This document shows positions 11,257-25,363 of a DNA stretch of 64,000 bases, in pieces. The stretch comes from Octopus vulgaris (taxonomy: Eukaryota): the NCBI GenBank assembly GCA_951406725.2, contig OX597819.1, positions 35,960,001 to 36,024,000 of the forward strand. The letters run 5' to 3'. Both the position numbers and the translations under genes were made by a program. Position 1 is the first letter of the stretch. Each line of letters begins with the position of its first letter. The notes beneath the pieces are model-generated. The model was given only the letters and a program-made list of their open reading frames with translations. It was not told where the DNA came from and ran no database searches.

Positions 11257-12987
11257 TATCCTTGACAAGAGATAAAACTCATCTCCTGAAACTGCAACAA
11301 GAACTAATAGGGGAACTTCTATGCACCAGAAGTAACAGCTAATCCTTCCTCGACTTTCACCATTGAATTAAAAAAAGCAAAGAGCACATTGAATAATTTA
11401 ATCCTAGATACACTATATTTTAAAAGAAAAAAAATAGATGGAATAGTCATGGCTGGAAGGTTTTTAATCATAGGTCTGCTTGGTCAAGGTTGATCTAAGT
11501 TAAGCAGCAACAACAACAACAACAACAATAATTTGAACTAAAATATAACCTATAATTGAATCACAGTGTATTATCTGTAGACACATCCACAAATTGAACT
11601 TCTCACTAGTAATTATATACTTTCTTAGCCTTGAGTTATCATCTAAAATACTTTAGACAAGATCCATCTTTTCCATTGTGTCAGCTCCAGTAATGTCAGA
11701 TAAAAGAAACAAAAAGAAAAAAAAAAACCTCCCTAGAGGTAATCTCTATTCTCTGGTTTCATCACTCAAAAATCTGACATCTGTCATCACAAACACCTCT
11801 TCCCTGAAACAGGATAGAGAAAGCACTGGAAGGAAATGAAAAAAGAAAAAAAAAAAGAATATAATATTACTGAGAAATAGAATATTTTATTTCACAAATG
11901 GGTAGGGTACAAATTCTAGTATATGCAACTAAATGTTCAATTACTAATGAAATATTTTCATTGCATACCAAACATAGCACATTTTCAACTTTAGGAAAAC
12001 CAAACCAAATGTTAGTCTTACTGCCTGACTCTAAGTATATTTATTTATGCATATATATACAAATTTTGCTTTTATTTATAACCAATTTTCTAAGCTAACT
12101 GTGAGCGGTGCAGCCTTATAAATTAATACAATTCTGTATCATAATGTTGACACAGTCACTTTCAACAGTTAACTATTCAGCTATAAAGTCTGACAGACTA
12201 TGGCAAGAGTATTTGATACCAATGGCTATATTAAATTTGTGCTACCATATTTGATGTAGTGGGAAAACATCAGCTTAATGAATAATTTTGGTAAGCAGAA
12301 GAGGCACCCCCAGACATGTTCCAATCTTATTATACCTCTTCAGTGAAGCATAGACTAGGCAAATATTCACGTGATTTGTAGTCTAGTACTGTTATTTCAG
12401 AGTACAAGGCTTAGTGTTTAGTGTGTTTGGCTCTTTGTCATAAGGTCATGAATTCAATTCCTAGACTGGGTGATACCTTATGTCTTTGATAAATGCGTGC
12501 TATTTTTACCCTGCTCCAGCCTACTCTGCCATTATGAGTACCAGTCAGATATTGGTGAAGCTCTCAATGTTCCACTCGGTCAAAAGAGGAAAGCTTGAAA
12601 GGGTTTATATGACCACTTGCAACTAAGCAGGCACTGAAAACAATTAGGTCAAGTGTGAACATGTTACTGATCCATACTCATGAATGATAGCTGGCTGTAC
12701 TGTACTGTAATTTCATTCCACAGCCATTGATACTTGTATGGGGAAACTTTAATGATGTCATTTTTTTAATCAATAAGGATATAAATTAACAGATGTCATA
12801 AACATAAGAATTACAAGACTAATGATTTTAAAATCTGTTGAATTATTTATATCTTTGTTTGCTCCGATTCTTGCAACATTTTGATTATGATATTTGATGG
12901 TATATAAGATGCACTTTCTTCCCAAAATATACCTTTAAAAAATCACTCAAAGACCTATATGTGAAGTTAGGTCTCCTGTAAGCTTTT

Positions 12988-13470
12988 ATCATCATCATCA
13001 TCGTTTAACGTCCGTTTTCCATGCTAGCACGGGTTGGACGGTTCGACCGGGGTCTGGGAAGCCAGGGGCTGCACCAAGCTCTGGTTTGATCTGGCAGTGT
13101 TTCTACAGCTGGATGCCCTTCCTAACACCAACCACTCCGCGAGTGTAGTGGGTGCTTTTTACGTGCCACCGGCACAGGTGCCAAGGGAGTCTGGCATCAG
13201 CCACGATCAGTTGGTGCTTTTAACGTGTCACCGGCATGGAAGCCAGCCAAGGCGGCACTGGCATCGGTCATGTTCGGATGGTGCTTTTTATGTGCCACCG
13301 GCACAGAAGCCAGTCGAGGCGGTGCTGACAATGGCCACGTTCGGATGGTGCCTTTTATGTGCCATCGGCACAGGTATCACAACTACTATTTCCATTGATA
13401 TTTATTTCGATGTTCATGTATTTGACTCAACAGGTCTCCTCAAGCACAGCGGGATGTTCTGGAATGCAAG
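12988..13470 (-). mobile_element. RTE-tailed SINE / non-autonomous RTE (family C)
   Basis: (GAT)n tail plus RTE-type 3' motif ggttgg..aggaagggcatccagctgtagaaa; internal ~55-60 bp tandem subunits. Confidence 0.85.
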
Positions 13471-13859
13471 GTACTTTGATCTAAATACTTTTTTTTTCCA
13501 GAATATGCACAGCTGCAATTAAGATGCATCTAATATTCCTGTCATCGTTTATTCCATCAAATACAATAGTTCATTCTTAAATATGCATCCTACCTCCATA
13601 TCAGTTACTAAGCATATAAATGGTTGCTTGAAATGATAGAAATTGTTGTCAAATCTTCCTCACACCTAATTCTTCCACCTAAAATAAAGGACACATTGAA
13701 CAATATAATCCCTGATATATATATATGTTGGTGTAATCAGTCTGCACACTTATCATGAAAATAAGACTGAGTTTGATTCCTATGTGTACCTAAGTCAATT
13801 GTACCATCGCTCCATTGGCAAGCCTGATAAAGTCTATACTTTGCTGATGAGGCCATAAT

Positions 13860-14180
13860 AAGGCTGGCAGAATCATTAGCATGCTGGGCAAAATGCTTAA
13901 TGGTGTTTCATCCATCTTTACATTCTGAGTTCAAATTCTGCTGAGATTGACTTTGCTTTTCATCCTTTCAGGGATGAAGTAACAGTTAAAGTATGGCTTG
14001 GTACATGGTTACCTTAGTTGGATGAGAAGGTGGATGGTGGTGAAGATGTGTTAGGGCATAATTTCTTGGGATAGTCTTGGCATGAATGGCTCAAAACTAA
14101 GTAAAAGTTGAACACTGGGGTCAATGTAACCGACTTACACACTCCCTGGAACTGCTGGCCTTGTGCCAAAATTTGGAATC
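13860..14180 (+). mobile_element. SINE family D with ~110 bp internal insertion
   Basis: Matches 47064 copy on both sides of 13985-14100. Confidence 0.7.
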
Positions 14181-14594
14181 AGTATAATCCTTGATATATA
14201 AAAGTATTAAATAGGGTTATAATGGAAAACCTTTGATAAAAGTTTGCCTGATCAGAGTTGACATGGATTTAAACAACAACATCGACAACCAAATTACATA
14301 TCACTTTCCAGTTAGTTTGATCAATCTCTGAGACGTTCCCCATCTGTTTTCAGGAAAGTTTGACAGAAGTGGTTTGGTGACAAACCAGGTAACTAGCATG
14401 TCTTTTGTGCCAAGTTATCAAGTCCCTACTTTTAGTTATTTACTCTCTAAACAACTCCATTGGTCAACATCGACAAGTGTAAATCCTGGATGTTTACTCT
14501 GTAATTGTACTATCGCTACATTGGCAAGCTTGATAAAGTCTATACTTTGCTGATGAGGCCATAATAAGGCTGGAACATATCCAGAATTATCTCA

Positions 14595-15145
<551 letters not shown>

Positions 15146-15149
15146 GGAG

Positions 15150-15355
15150 ATCTAGGCACAATGCCTGAAATCTTGGGGGCAGGGGCCAGTTGATTAGATT
15201 GACTCCAGTATGCAACAGGTACCTAATTTATTGACCTTGAAAGGATGAAAGACAAAGTCGACTTTGGGAGAATTTGAAATCAGAACGTAAAGACAGACAA
15301 AATACTGCTAAGCGTTTCGCCCGGTGTGCTAACGTTTCTGCCAGCTCACAGCCTT
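15150..15355 (-). mobile_element. SINE family D
   Basis: Reverse match to 47064 copy. Confidence 0.8.
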
Positions 15356-15570
15356 ATAATATAAAAGATATTAGTGATTGGCTAATATTGTTTGACTTTC
15401 ATCAGTTATTGGCATACAAGGTGGTGAACAAGCAGTGTCATTAGAGCATCAGATAAAATACCTTGCAACATTTATCTGGTACCTTGCATTCTGAGTTCAA
15501 ATCCTACCAAAATCAAGTTTGCTATTTATCTTTCTAGGGTTGATAAATAAAGTATCAGATCAGTCTAGAG

Positions 15571-16105
15571 CAGGGGTTGGCAAACCAGGGTAAATTACTC
15601 CAAATGGGGTAAAAATGAAATTCTTGTGGGTAGTGAAGACTCATTAGACATAAGTAAAAATATATAAACAAAAAACTTGTTCCTTGTTATGACAGAAATT
15701 TTTCTTCTGGCAACACTGCACCCGTTCAATGTAATGGACGTGTTTAGGAGGCATCACACCAAATAGATCCAATAAACCTCTTGAATTCAAAGAATCTATG
15801 ATTTTCTTCCTTTTAAATCAAGGGTGTAATCATCATCATCATCGTTTAGCGTCCGTTTTCCATGCTAGCATGGGTTGGACGGTTCAACTGGGGTCTGGGA
15901 AGCCAGAAGGTTGCACCAGGCCCAGTCTGATCTGGCAATGTTTCTACGGCTGGATGCCCTTCCTAATGCCAACCACTCCGTGAGTGTAGTGGGTGCTTTT
16001 TACGTGCCACCGGTACATAACAATGGTAATGTTGGTAATGTTGGTAATGTTGGTATAGATAAATATATTTTGGGGCAATTGATTAAAAATGTTCCTTGAC
16101 TCCTG
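15571..16105. mobile_element. hAT (Charlie-like) MITE with nested family C SINE (15830-16015)
   Basis: Termini CAGGGGTT...GACTCCTG; 8-bp TSD gTCTAGAG/aTCTAGAG, matching the nTCTAGAn Charlie preference. Confidence 0.7.
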
Positions 16106-16864
16106 ATCTAGAGCATTTGATTGGCAGAAATATTGGAGTGTTGGAAGACAGGCCTCAGCACATTTGTTCTAGCTTTGAGTGAGTGTTCAAATCCTACCAT
16201 GACCTAGCTGAGGTGGTAGGCTTTAATTTGTCATCTGCTTTAACATTGCTATCTTACTCTTAGGTACCTTTTGTGGAGCTCACTCTGTTGTAAGCATTTG
16301 AGCTAGGTTTTCAGAAGGAGGTTACCTTCTCTCTCTTCCCTCTCCCCTCTCCTCCCACTAGTCTCAGAGACCCTATAAAAGGTCATTGACACTGCTCTTC
16401 CTTCTTGACTAAAAGATTAAAAAAAACCAAATAAAACAGAAACAGAATTATTATTTCTGGTTAGCCTTTTACTGCACCCTCTATTAAATATATTAATACA
16501 AACTTCACTACGCGAGGAAGATAGCATCATAATTCCCCAGCAATTGCAACTCAGTGAATATTGTATGTATAAAAGCAAACAGAACTTTCAATGATATAAA
16601 TATTTATCACAAAAACTACATTCTGAATAGGTTTTACAATATCAATAACATCAATACATACATATGTAATATGTCAGGCTGTTATATATCAAGTCCATTA
16701 AAACCCATTGCATTCAAGCACAAGCATATCAGCGCTCACATCATTGAATGTATGCGATCTCTGTTGTCTCCTGTATGCTTAGCTACAGCTTGATAATGAA
16801 ATAGAATCTGATGAGCATAATAATGAGGTAAACATTGAATATATATATATATATATATATATAC

Positions 16865-17029
16865 ACAACTTATAAATAAGGGCAAACGAAAAAATTTCTA
16901 ATGCCAAATATGCTGAAATTGAACACATTGTCCATAACCTTATAACTATATAATGGTTATGGACAATGTGTTCAATTTCGGCATATTTGGCATTAGAAAT
17001 TCTTTCGTTTGCCCTTATTTATAAGTTGT
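16865..17029. repeat. Near-perfect fold-back, 75-bp arms, 15-nt loop
   Basis: 16865-16939 is the reverse complement of 16955-17029 with ~2 mismatches; continuation 17020-17115 recurs at 23080-23190. Confidence 0.9.
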
Positions 17030-17113
17030 TTATAAATTTAACCTTTAAAGGTATTTTTTAATATGCTGGCCATTGATAAAACATATTTTCGAAAAAATTT
17101 TATCCTACATTAA

Positions 17114-17185
<72 letters not shown>

Positions 17186-17439
17186 TTAAAATAAATATAG
17201 TGAGTTTATGTAATAGTATATGAGTTCCCTTAGTGAATTGTTATAAGGGATATACTACACCAAAGCTCCATCTTTATGATGTATATTTTGGGTGAACCCT
17301 TTTCTCAGTTCACAGTTCTAAGTGTTCACAGTTGAGCCAACAAAAGATTCTTTACACGATTGCTTGATCAAATATACCTCATAGTACATGCTTACTTGAG
17401 AAAGGAGGAATACATTGGGTAATGTGACCCTGGATAGGT

Positions 17440-17920
17440 TATGCATCACCACCACCACTACCACCACCACTACCACTACCACCACCACCACCACCACCAC
17501 CACCACTATCATCGTTAAAAATCTGTTTCCCCTGCTGGTATGTATTGGACAGTTTGATAGGAACTGGTGAGCTATAGGACTGTGCCCTAAGCTCCAATGT
17601 TTGTTTTGGCATGGTTTCTATGATTGGATGCCCTTCCTAATGCCAACCACTTTACAGAGTGTACTGGGTGCTTTTTTTGTAGTACCAGCACCAGTGAGAT
17701 GACTAAGTCACTTGCAAGATAAGATCACATCATCTGAATGGTAGAGGAGTAGTATTGAGAAAGGTGGCGTTATGCCAGATGATGAGATGTTAAAGTATGG
17801 CAGGGAGACAGAAATGGGTCTTGGTACATGGTTACCTTAGTTGGAAGAGAAGGTGGATGGTGGTGAAGATATGTTAGGGCATAATTTCTTGGGATAGTCT
17901 TAGCATGAATGGCTCAAATC
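17440..17920 (-). mobile_element. Diverged RTE-tailed SINE (family C relative)
   Basis: ggatgcccttcctaatgccaaccac motif; (CAC/CAT)n tail. Confidence 0.65.
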
Positions 17921-18420
17921 ATGTCTGCTCAAGCAGGGTTTAGCAAGGGTTAAATGACAGCATATTTTTTTATTCATTTTTATTTAGTTTTACTTAAGCC
18001 ATATTGGCCATGGTCATACTGGAGCATTCGCTTCACATATTCAAAAAAGGATTTAAACTCAACATTGTCTGCAACAATTGCTTATGATGTAGTGGTGCTG
18101 CTGTTGTTGCTGTTGTTTAGTCCCAGCTTTGCATTGATAGAACAGACCAATAATCAAAGGGGTTCAAGTTGTGATATCTTCTGGCATATCAAGGACTACA
18201 TTGTCCATTGTATCCTTCATTATTTATGATAGTAGGAGTTAACTTGTTGAAGATTTGGCTACTAACTCTAGCACATTTCAGGGGCAGAAAAGCTCCTTTG
18301 TCTGTGAGGAAATTTCTGCCCCATTCAATTATGAAACTGTCCACAACACAGTCACTAAAATCCTGTATCATCAAAATGTAATTGGATATGTTACATACCT
18401 ATAAATATATTCCAAGATAA

Positions 18421-18492
18421 AGGAGGCACCTGGAATTGAACTGGGTACTTCTCAATCTGCGGTCATATACTCAAGCCCTGAGCTGTACCCAC
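18421..18492 (-). pseudogene. tRNA-Cys(GCA) pseudogene
   Basis: Minus strand gtgggtacagctcagggcttgagtatatgaccGCAgattgagaagtacccagttcaattccaggtgcctcct is colinear with eukaryotic tRNA-Cys; several stem mismatches. Confidence 0.75.
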
Positions 18493-18524
18493 TACTAAAA
18501 ACTGAAAAATATATTCTAAGATGA

Positions 18525-18590
18525 AGTGGATACCTGGGAATGAACTAGAGACCTCTTGACCTGCAGTCAAATGGTCAACCACTATACATG
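18525..18590 (-). pseudogene. tRNA-Cys(GCA) pseudogene, second tandem copy with D-arm deletion
   Basis: Minus strand gtatagtggttgaccatttgactGCAggtcaagaggtctctagttcattcccaggtatccac. Confidence 0.7.
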
Positions 18591-18839
18591 CTAATGAATA
18601 TATATAAGCTTAAACATTCATTATTTTACTCAGCATTGAGGTATTCTACACAGGTTTGTATATACATGAGATTAACTGCTAGTTCTACTAATAAGGTTCT
18701 TATTAAAGAAAAGGCTGTTCCTGCTTCTTGCCTTCACTCTAAACATCAGAAAATGACAGAGGGAAACAAAACAAAACAAAATAAAACAAAGCAATTGGTG
18801 CCCAGTTGTCATTCTCAAATGATATTAAATTCCCCGTTC

Positions 18840-19150
18840 AATCATGAATGATGATAGGATTGCACCTAGAAAGTTCCCCTCCGAGGCACAAGTCTGGGCT
18901 AGGTTTATGGAAGACCAGCAGTCACCCATGCATACCAGCCTCTCCTCTTCATGTCACCAATGTTATCTAAGGGAAAGTCAAAGGCCAATACAGCTTGGCA
19001 CCAGTGACATCACAACTCATTTCTATAGCTGAATGAACTGGTGCAATATGAAAATAAAGTGCCTTGCTCAAAAACACAACACAGCCCGGTTCGGAAATCA
19101 AACTCACTACCTCACGATTGTAAATCTGATGCTCTTAACAATTGAGCCAT
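18840..19150 (-). mobile_element. tRNA-derived CORE-like SINE, head B2
   Basis: Reverse match to 21408-21745. Confidence 0.85.
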
Positions 19151-19529
19151 ATTATTATTTATACATATATGCTATTATCAACTCTAGGTCATCACTGATC
19201 CTGTAGACCTATGATCATAATCATTCCAGCCATGACCATCCTCTGTCTTTTTCCCAGACATAATATGTCTACAGGACAGTACAGAACAGCCAGCTATCAC
19301 TTATAAGAAGGTATGGCTGGGTAGCATGTACCAGGCTTTTGCTAATTGCTTTAGGTTCCAATGTAGTTATGAGCTGACATACACAATGTCTTAACCCGCT
19401 AATCTATGATGTTGGCCGTAGTTGCTGTGATGTTCTCATAGGAATCATTGGCTCAACTCCAATCACCTGTCAATTTTGGAGTTGAGGTGGTGGCAACACT
19501 CTTATATATATATATATATATATATCACC

Positions 19530-19950
19530 ATCATCATCATCATCCAGTATTTTAAATCTGGGTTTTGTCCTCATTAATGGGGGTGGCTGGATCTACCTCG
19601 ATGTCATAGCAATTGCCCTTACACCATCTTGCCATCTTGCCCTGTTTTGGGCATTCACCATTCTCAAGTCTACCCTCCCAATTTCCTCTTCCGCTTGTCC
19701 CCTCCACGTTTTTCTCAGTCCCTTTACCTCAAATTCAAGCACCCTGTCAGAATATGTGCTTCATCCCTCCTCAACACATGCCCTTACTACTGCACTCCAT
19801 TCGCCTTTGCCAGCCATTCCACTAATTCTTCCAACCCCAGCATCTCCATCAAGTCTTCAGTTCTCCTCTTATCAAACAGCATTTCTCTCGGTCCTTCTCA
19901 AAATTGCCATCTCTCTCTCTCTCTCTCAGACACCATGTCTCACTCCCATA
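19530..19950 (-). mobile_element. RTE LINE 3' fragment
   Basis: Minus-strand peptides GHVLRRDEAHIL..RVLEFEVKG..KTW..NAQNRARW; (GAT)n tail. Confidence 0.7.
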
Positions 19951-20074
19951 TATATATATATATATCAAATGTAAAACCTTCCTTCTTCCCTTCCTTCCTG
20001 AGTGTCCAATAATACTATATTTGTTCCACACCCTCATGTTGTTGTGTTTTCTCTTTGTGTTTTCATGTTTGGAT

Positions 20075-20141
<67 letters not shown>

Positions 20142-20154
20142 ATATATGTATATG

Positions 20155-20213
<59 letters not shown>

Positions 20214-20652
20214 GTATATGTGTATATGTTTATATATATATTTATATATATATATATATGTATGTATGTATATACATATACATACATATATATACATATA
20301 CATATGTATATATATATATATTTATATATATTTATATATGCATATATATGCATATATTTATATATATGCACATGTATGCATGTGAGTGTATATGTGTACG
20401 AATGTGTATATGTATGTGTATGTGCATATGAGTACGTATATATTTCTGCTGCCTTGTTTCAACATTGTGTGACTGTTGTAAATGAAAGTCACTATCATAC
20501 AGTGTCATTTGTTTTCAATATTTTGCAAAAACATGTCTGGCCATTGAGAAATATTGCCTTACTAGAAAAACAAGAGAGGGTGCTTGGCGACAGAAAGTGG
20601 GACATCCAGCCATTGACAAATCAGCCTCAGTAAACTCCATTCAATTGTGTAC

Positions 20653-21146
20653 ATCATCATCATCATCCTTTAACGTCCGTTTTCCATACTAGCATGGGTT
20701 GGACGGTTTTGACTGGGGGCTGGCAACCAGATGGCTGCACCAGGCTCCAGTCTTGATCTGGCAGAGTTTCTACAGCTGGATGCCCTTCCTACCGCCAGCC
20801 ACTCCGAGAGTGTAGTGGGTGCTTTTTACGTGCCACCTGCATGGGGGCCAGTCAGGCGGTACTGGTAATGACCTGGCTCGAATCTTTTTACACGTGTGAC
20901 CAACACAAGTGCCAGTGAAGTGACGTTGGTAACGATCATGCTTGAATGGTGCCCTTTTACGTGCTACGGGTACGGAAGCCAGTTGGCTGCTCTGGCAATG
21001 ATCACAACGATCACACTCGGATGGTGTTCTTGGCACCCTACTAGCACAGGCATGAACACCATCTGAGCATGATCGTTGTGATCGTTGCCAGAGCAGCCAA
21101 CTGGCTTCCATACCTGTGGCATGTAAAAGGGCACCATTCGAGTGTG

Positions 21147-21187
<41 letters not shown>

Positions 21188-21378
21188 CAGGTGGCACGTA
21201 AAAAGCACCCACTACACTCGCGGAGTGGTTGGCATTAGGAAGGGCATCCAGCTGTAGAAACTCTGCCAGATCAGACTGGAGCCTGGTGCAGCCCCTGGCT
21301 TCCCAGACCCCGGTCGAACCATCCAACCCGTGCTAGTGCGGAAAACAGACGTTAAACGATGATGATGATGATGATGAT
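20653..21378. mobile_element. Inverted (tail-out) pair of family C SINE sequences forming a large fold-back
   Basis: Minus copy 20653-21029; plus segments 21054-21148 and 21187-21378. Confidence 0.85.
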
Positions 21379-21407
21379 ATATATATATATATATATATAT
21401 ATACAGT

Positions 21408-21745
21408 GAAGGCGCATGGCTCAGTGGTTAGAGCGTCAAGCTTACGATTGTGAGGTTGTGAGCTCGAATCCCGGACTGGGCTGCGTGTTGTGTTCTTGAG
21501 CAAGGCACTTTATTTCACATTGCTCCAGTTCACTCAGCTGTAGAAATGAGTTGCGACGTCACTGGTGCCAAGCTGTATCGACCTTTGTCTTTCCCTTGGA
21601 TAACACTGGTGGCGTGGAGAGGGGAGGCTGGTATGCATGGGCGACCGCTGGTCTTCCATAAACAACCTTGCCCGGGCTTGTGTCTAGGAGGGTAACTTTC
21701 TAGGTGCAATCCCATGGTCATTCATGACCGAAGGGGTTTTTTACC
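21408..21745 (+). mobile_element. tRNA-derived CORE-like SINE, head B2
   Basis: TGGCTCAGTGG A-box, B-box-like, tgtgttcttgagcaaggcacttta. Confidence 0.85.
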
Positions 21746-21757
21746 CCTTTTTATATA

Positions 21758-23024
21758 CAGGGATTGGACAAAATAATGGAAACACCTTAAAATTTCATAC
21801 AAATTTATTTTAATATGGGTAGGACTGCCTTTGGTAGTAATTACAGCTTGAATTCTATGAGGTATGGACTCATACAAATTTTGAGTTGTTTCCAAAGGAA
21901 TTTTTGTCCATTCTTCAGCTAAAACAGTCACCAGTTCTTGTAGTGATAATGGTAGAGGATATCAACTCCTTACTTGTTTTTCTAAAATGCATCATAAGTG
22001 TTTGATAATATTGAGATCTGGGAACTGTGGTGGCCAGATAAAATGTTCAACTTCATTAGAATATTCCTCATGCCATTCAGTAATAACTTTAGCTGTGTGA
22101 ATTGGTGCATTATCATCCTAAAAGATTGTGTTTCCCTCCAGAAACAGTTCTGCAAACATAGGATGAATTTGATTAGATAAAAGGCTTAAATAGTCTTGAC
22201 TATTAATTCTGCCATGAAGGGAAACCATTGGGCTGGCAGATTTCCAAGATATAGCCACCCCACCCCCAATCAGCACAGATCCTCCTCCATGTTTAACAGT
22301 TGGAAGAAGGCAGTCTGGGTCAAATATTGTCTCCACACGTATACTTGGCTGGTGGTCGGAAATAAGTTAAAGAATGACTCGTCTGAGAAAATAACATTCT
22401 TCCACTGCTCTAGGGACCAATTCTGCATGTTTTTACTCCACTCTAAACGCTTTGCAACGTTTGTTTTTGAAAGTAGTGGCTTTCTGATTGCTGCCCTCTG
22501 GTGAAATCCGACTTTGTGCAGCTCCCAGTGAACAGTTTTGTGGAAATTGGGTTCTCGAGGTAGTCATTAAGCTCTGCAGTAATTTTGGGAGCTGTACTTT
22601 TGTGATCCTTTCTAACAATTTGTGTAAGAGTCTGACGATCCCTATCTGAAAGTTTTAGGTTTCTTCCAGAGTTTTGTTTTGATGAGGAGGGTTTTTCCTC
22701 TTTCTCAAAGGCTGTTGTTACTTTTGAGACAGTACTTCTTGATACACCAAACATTTCAGTTGTTTTTGTTATGCTAGCACCTGCCATATGTGCACCAACA
22801 ATTTGACCTCTTTGAAAGTCTGATAGTTCTGTCCTTTTAATGAATTTTAAATACCTTTTTCTGATGATATTTGAAAAGAAACAGCAATTTTAGCAAAACA
22901 TATTAAGCAACAATAATAATAAATCAAAAAGCATAAAAATAAACAAGCATTTGATGGTTTTATAGATATTTCAAAATTATGATGCTTTGATGCTAGGTGT
23001 TTCCATTATTTTGTCCAAGCCCTG
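21758..23024 (-). mobile_element. Full-length degenerate Tc1-like (DD34E) transposon
   Basis: ~30-bp TIRs CAGGGATTGGACAAAATAATGGAAACACCT / reverse at right; TA at left; transposase remnants HTH GVSRSTVSKV, TVKHGGGSV, DDNAPIH, WPPQFPDLNII. Confidence 0.92.
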
Positions 23025-23028
23025 TTTA

Positions 23029-23063
<35 letters not shown>

Positions 23064-23593
23064 AAATTCTCCAGCCCATTATAAGTTGTTTATAAATTTA
23101 TAAGTTGTTTATAAATTTAACCTTTAAAGCTATTTTTTAATATGCTGGTCATTGATAAAATATTTTTCGAAAAAATTTTATCCTATATTAGATGTATACA
23201 TATATATATATATATAAATATAAAAGATATAACTAAGTAAATCATGTTGCCTTGCAGAATACAAATCTTATATATTCATTGTATCCTATGAAGGAGACTT
23301 ATCATTAAACCTGATAGCGTCTGTGAGTCAGTCATACAAGGTACACCTACCTGTTTTTCTATACACCATATTACACATTGTTGGAATTTGTCAAATGATT
23401 TTTTTTTTTCCACTTCTAGGTCAACAGTGCTTCTTTGCTTTTGAAGTATATATCTTCAAACTATTCCATTGCTATTAGTAATCTTATGCGGTCATATCAT
23501 TCAGTTCATACTTACAGCTAGCTAAGCTATGTTGTACGTCAGGAATTAATAACAAATGACGTATATATATGCATACATACATACATACATACA

Positions 23594-23683
<90 letters not shown>

Positions 23684-23709
23684 TTTACATATATATATTT
23701 ATATATACA

Positions 23710-24003
23710 CAAGTGTCTTCTATTATAGCCTTGGGCTGACCAAAGCCTTGTGAGTGGATTTGGTAGACGGAAACTGAAAGAAGCCCGTTGTATATATGTA
23801 TACATATACATGTATGTCTGTGTATATGTTTGTGTGTCTGTATTTGTCCTCCCAACATTGCTTGACAACCGATGGTGGTGTGTTTACGTCCCTGTAACTT
23901 AGTGGTTTGGCAAAAGAGACCGATAGAATAAGAACTAGGCTTCCAAAGAATAAGTCCTGGGGTCGATTTGCTTGACTAAGTAAAAGAGAGTAAAAGAGAG
24001 AGT
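23710..24003 (+). mobile_element. SINE family A, 5'-truncated
   Basis: Matches other copies. Confidence 0.85.
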
Positions 24004-24968
24004 ATATATACCTTACTACTGCATCATATAAAAATATTGGAAGTTTGTGCTTATACTCACACACAAACATATATACATAGAGATTTATGTCAAACTGCAA
24101 ATGAAATTAACTTGTCAGTTGTAACCACCCAGCTATTGAGATTGGGGATATTATTAAACATATTCAACCCAGTATTAATGTTGTGATATTGTAATCTAAA
24201 TCCACCCCATTACTGAATTTTGGGTGTTGGTAGCCACTTAGTACTGATGTAGTTTTTCATTTTATAAAAATTAGTAGGTGAGGTGGAGGAATGGTTTTTT
24301 CTTTATTTTTTAATTGACTTTGTTGGAGAAGGAAGGGCAGTGCCCACCACCACCTCCAATGTTTTACAGGCAGCCAAGAGTGATACAAAGGAGGGAGGGA
24401 GATATTTATCCTTAGATCAGTGATCTGACCTAAATGCTAAATGCTTACAACAGAGTCAACATTGCAAAAGATATCTAAAGACCAGGTGGTTATGGTGTTA
24501 GACTTAAACCATACATTGGATTAAATTGTCGTCATTGTTCAGATTCAGACCAGATCCAATTGTGTAGAAATATGATCAAAAGCATTCCAACCATAACCAT
24601 CCTGTCTTTGTATTTTTTACCAAGTGTACTGTATCACAAAAAGAATTTGGCTTAGTAACCTACAGGATGCTATTGTCATAAGATAGCAGAAGATGCTTAG
24701 CCACGTACTATGTATGCCCATGAAAAAAACCCAGTTAGAGTTGCTTTTTTTGAGTAGCAACCAGAGGAGGTGTAGGAGGAGAAGCAGACCTGTCAGGACC
24801 TGGCAAATATGGGCCTTAATTAGAAGCAGGTACATGACAGGACTTGTAATTGTACAAAATGGAGATTTTTTTTATCACCCAAAGTTCCATAATAGTAGGA
24901 GAAATTAAGACTTGAAACACATTTTTCGATGTGTCCTTCCTTTTCTAAGACAGTATAGTATGTTATGT

Positions 24969-25363
24969 GGAGGCGCAATGGCCCAGTGGTTAGGGCAGTG
25001 GACTCGCGGTCATAGGATCGCGGTTTCGATTCCCAGACCAGGCGTTGTGAGTGTTTATTGAGCGAAAACACCTAAAAGTTCCACGAGGCTCCGGCAGGGG
25101 ATGGTGGTGATCCCTGCTGTACTCTTTCACCACAACTTTCTCTCACTCTTACTTCCTGTTTCTGTTGTACCTGTATTTCAAAGGGCCGGCCTAGTCACTC
25201 TCTGTGTCACGCTGAATATCCCCGAGAACTACGTTAAGGGTACACGTGTCTGTGGAGTGCTCAGCCACTTACACGTTAATTTCACGAGCAGGCTGTTCCG
25301 TTGATTCGGATCAACCAGAACCCTTGTCGTCGTCGTAACCGACGGAGTGCTTCCATCCATCCA
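24969..25363 (+). mobile_element. tRNA-derived SINE, head B1
   Basis: Near-identical to 6241-6630. Confidence 0.9.

Noticed and set aside
12305-12350. Possible hammerhead on the minus strand (CUGAAGA...GGAACAUGUC)
   Set aside because: GAAA mutated, stem II not paired, stem I mostly wobble
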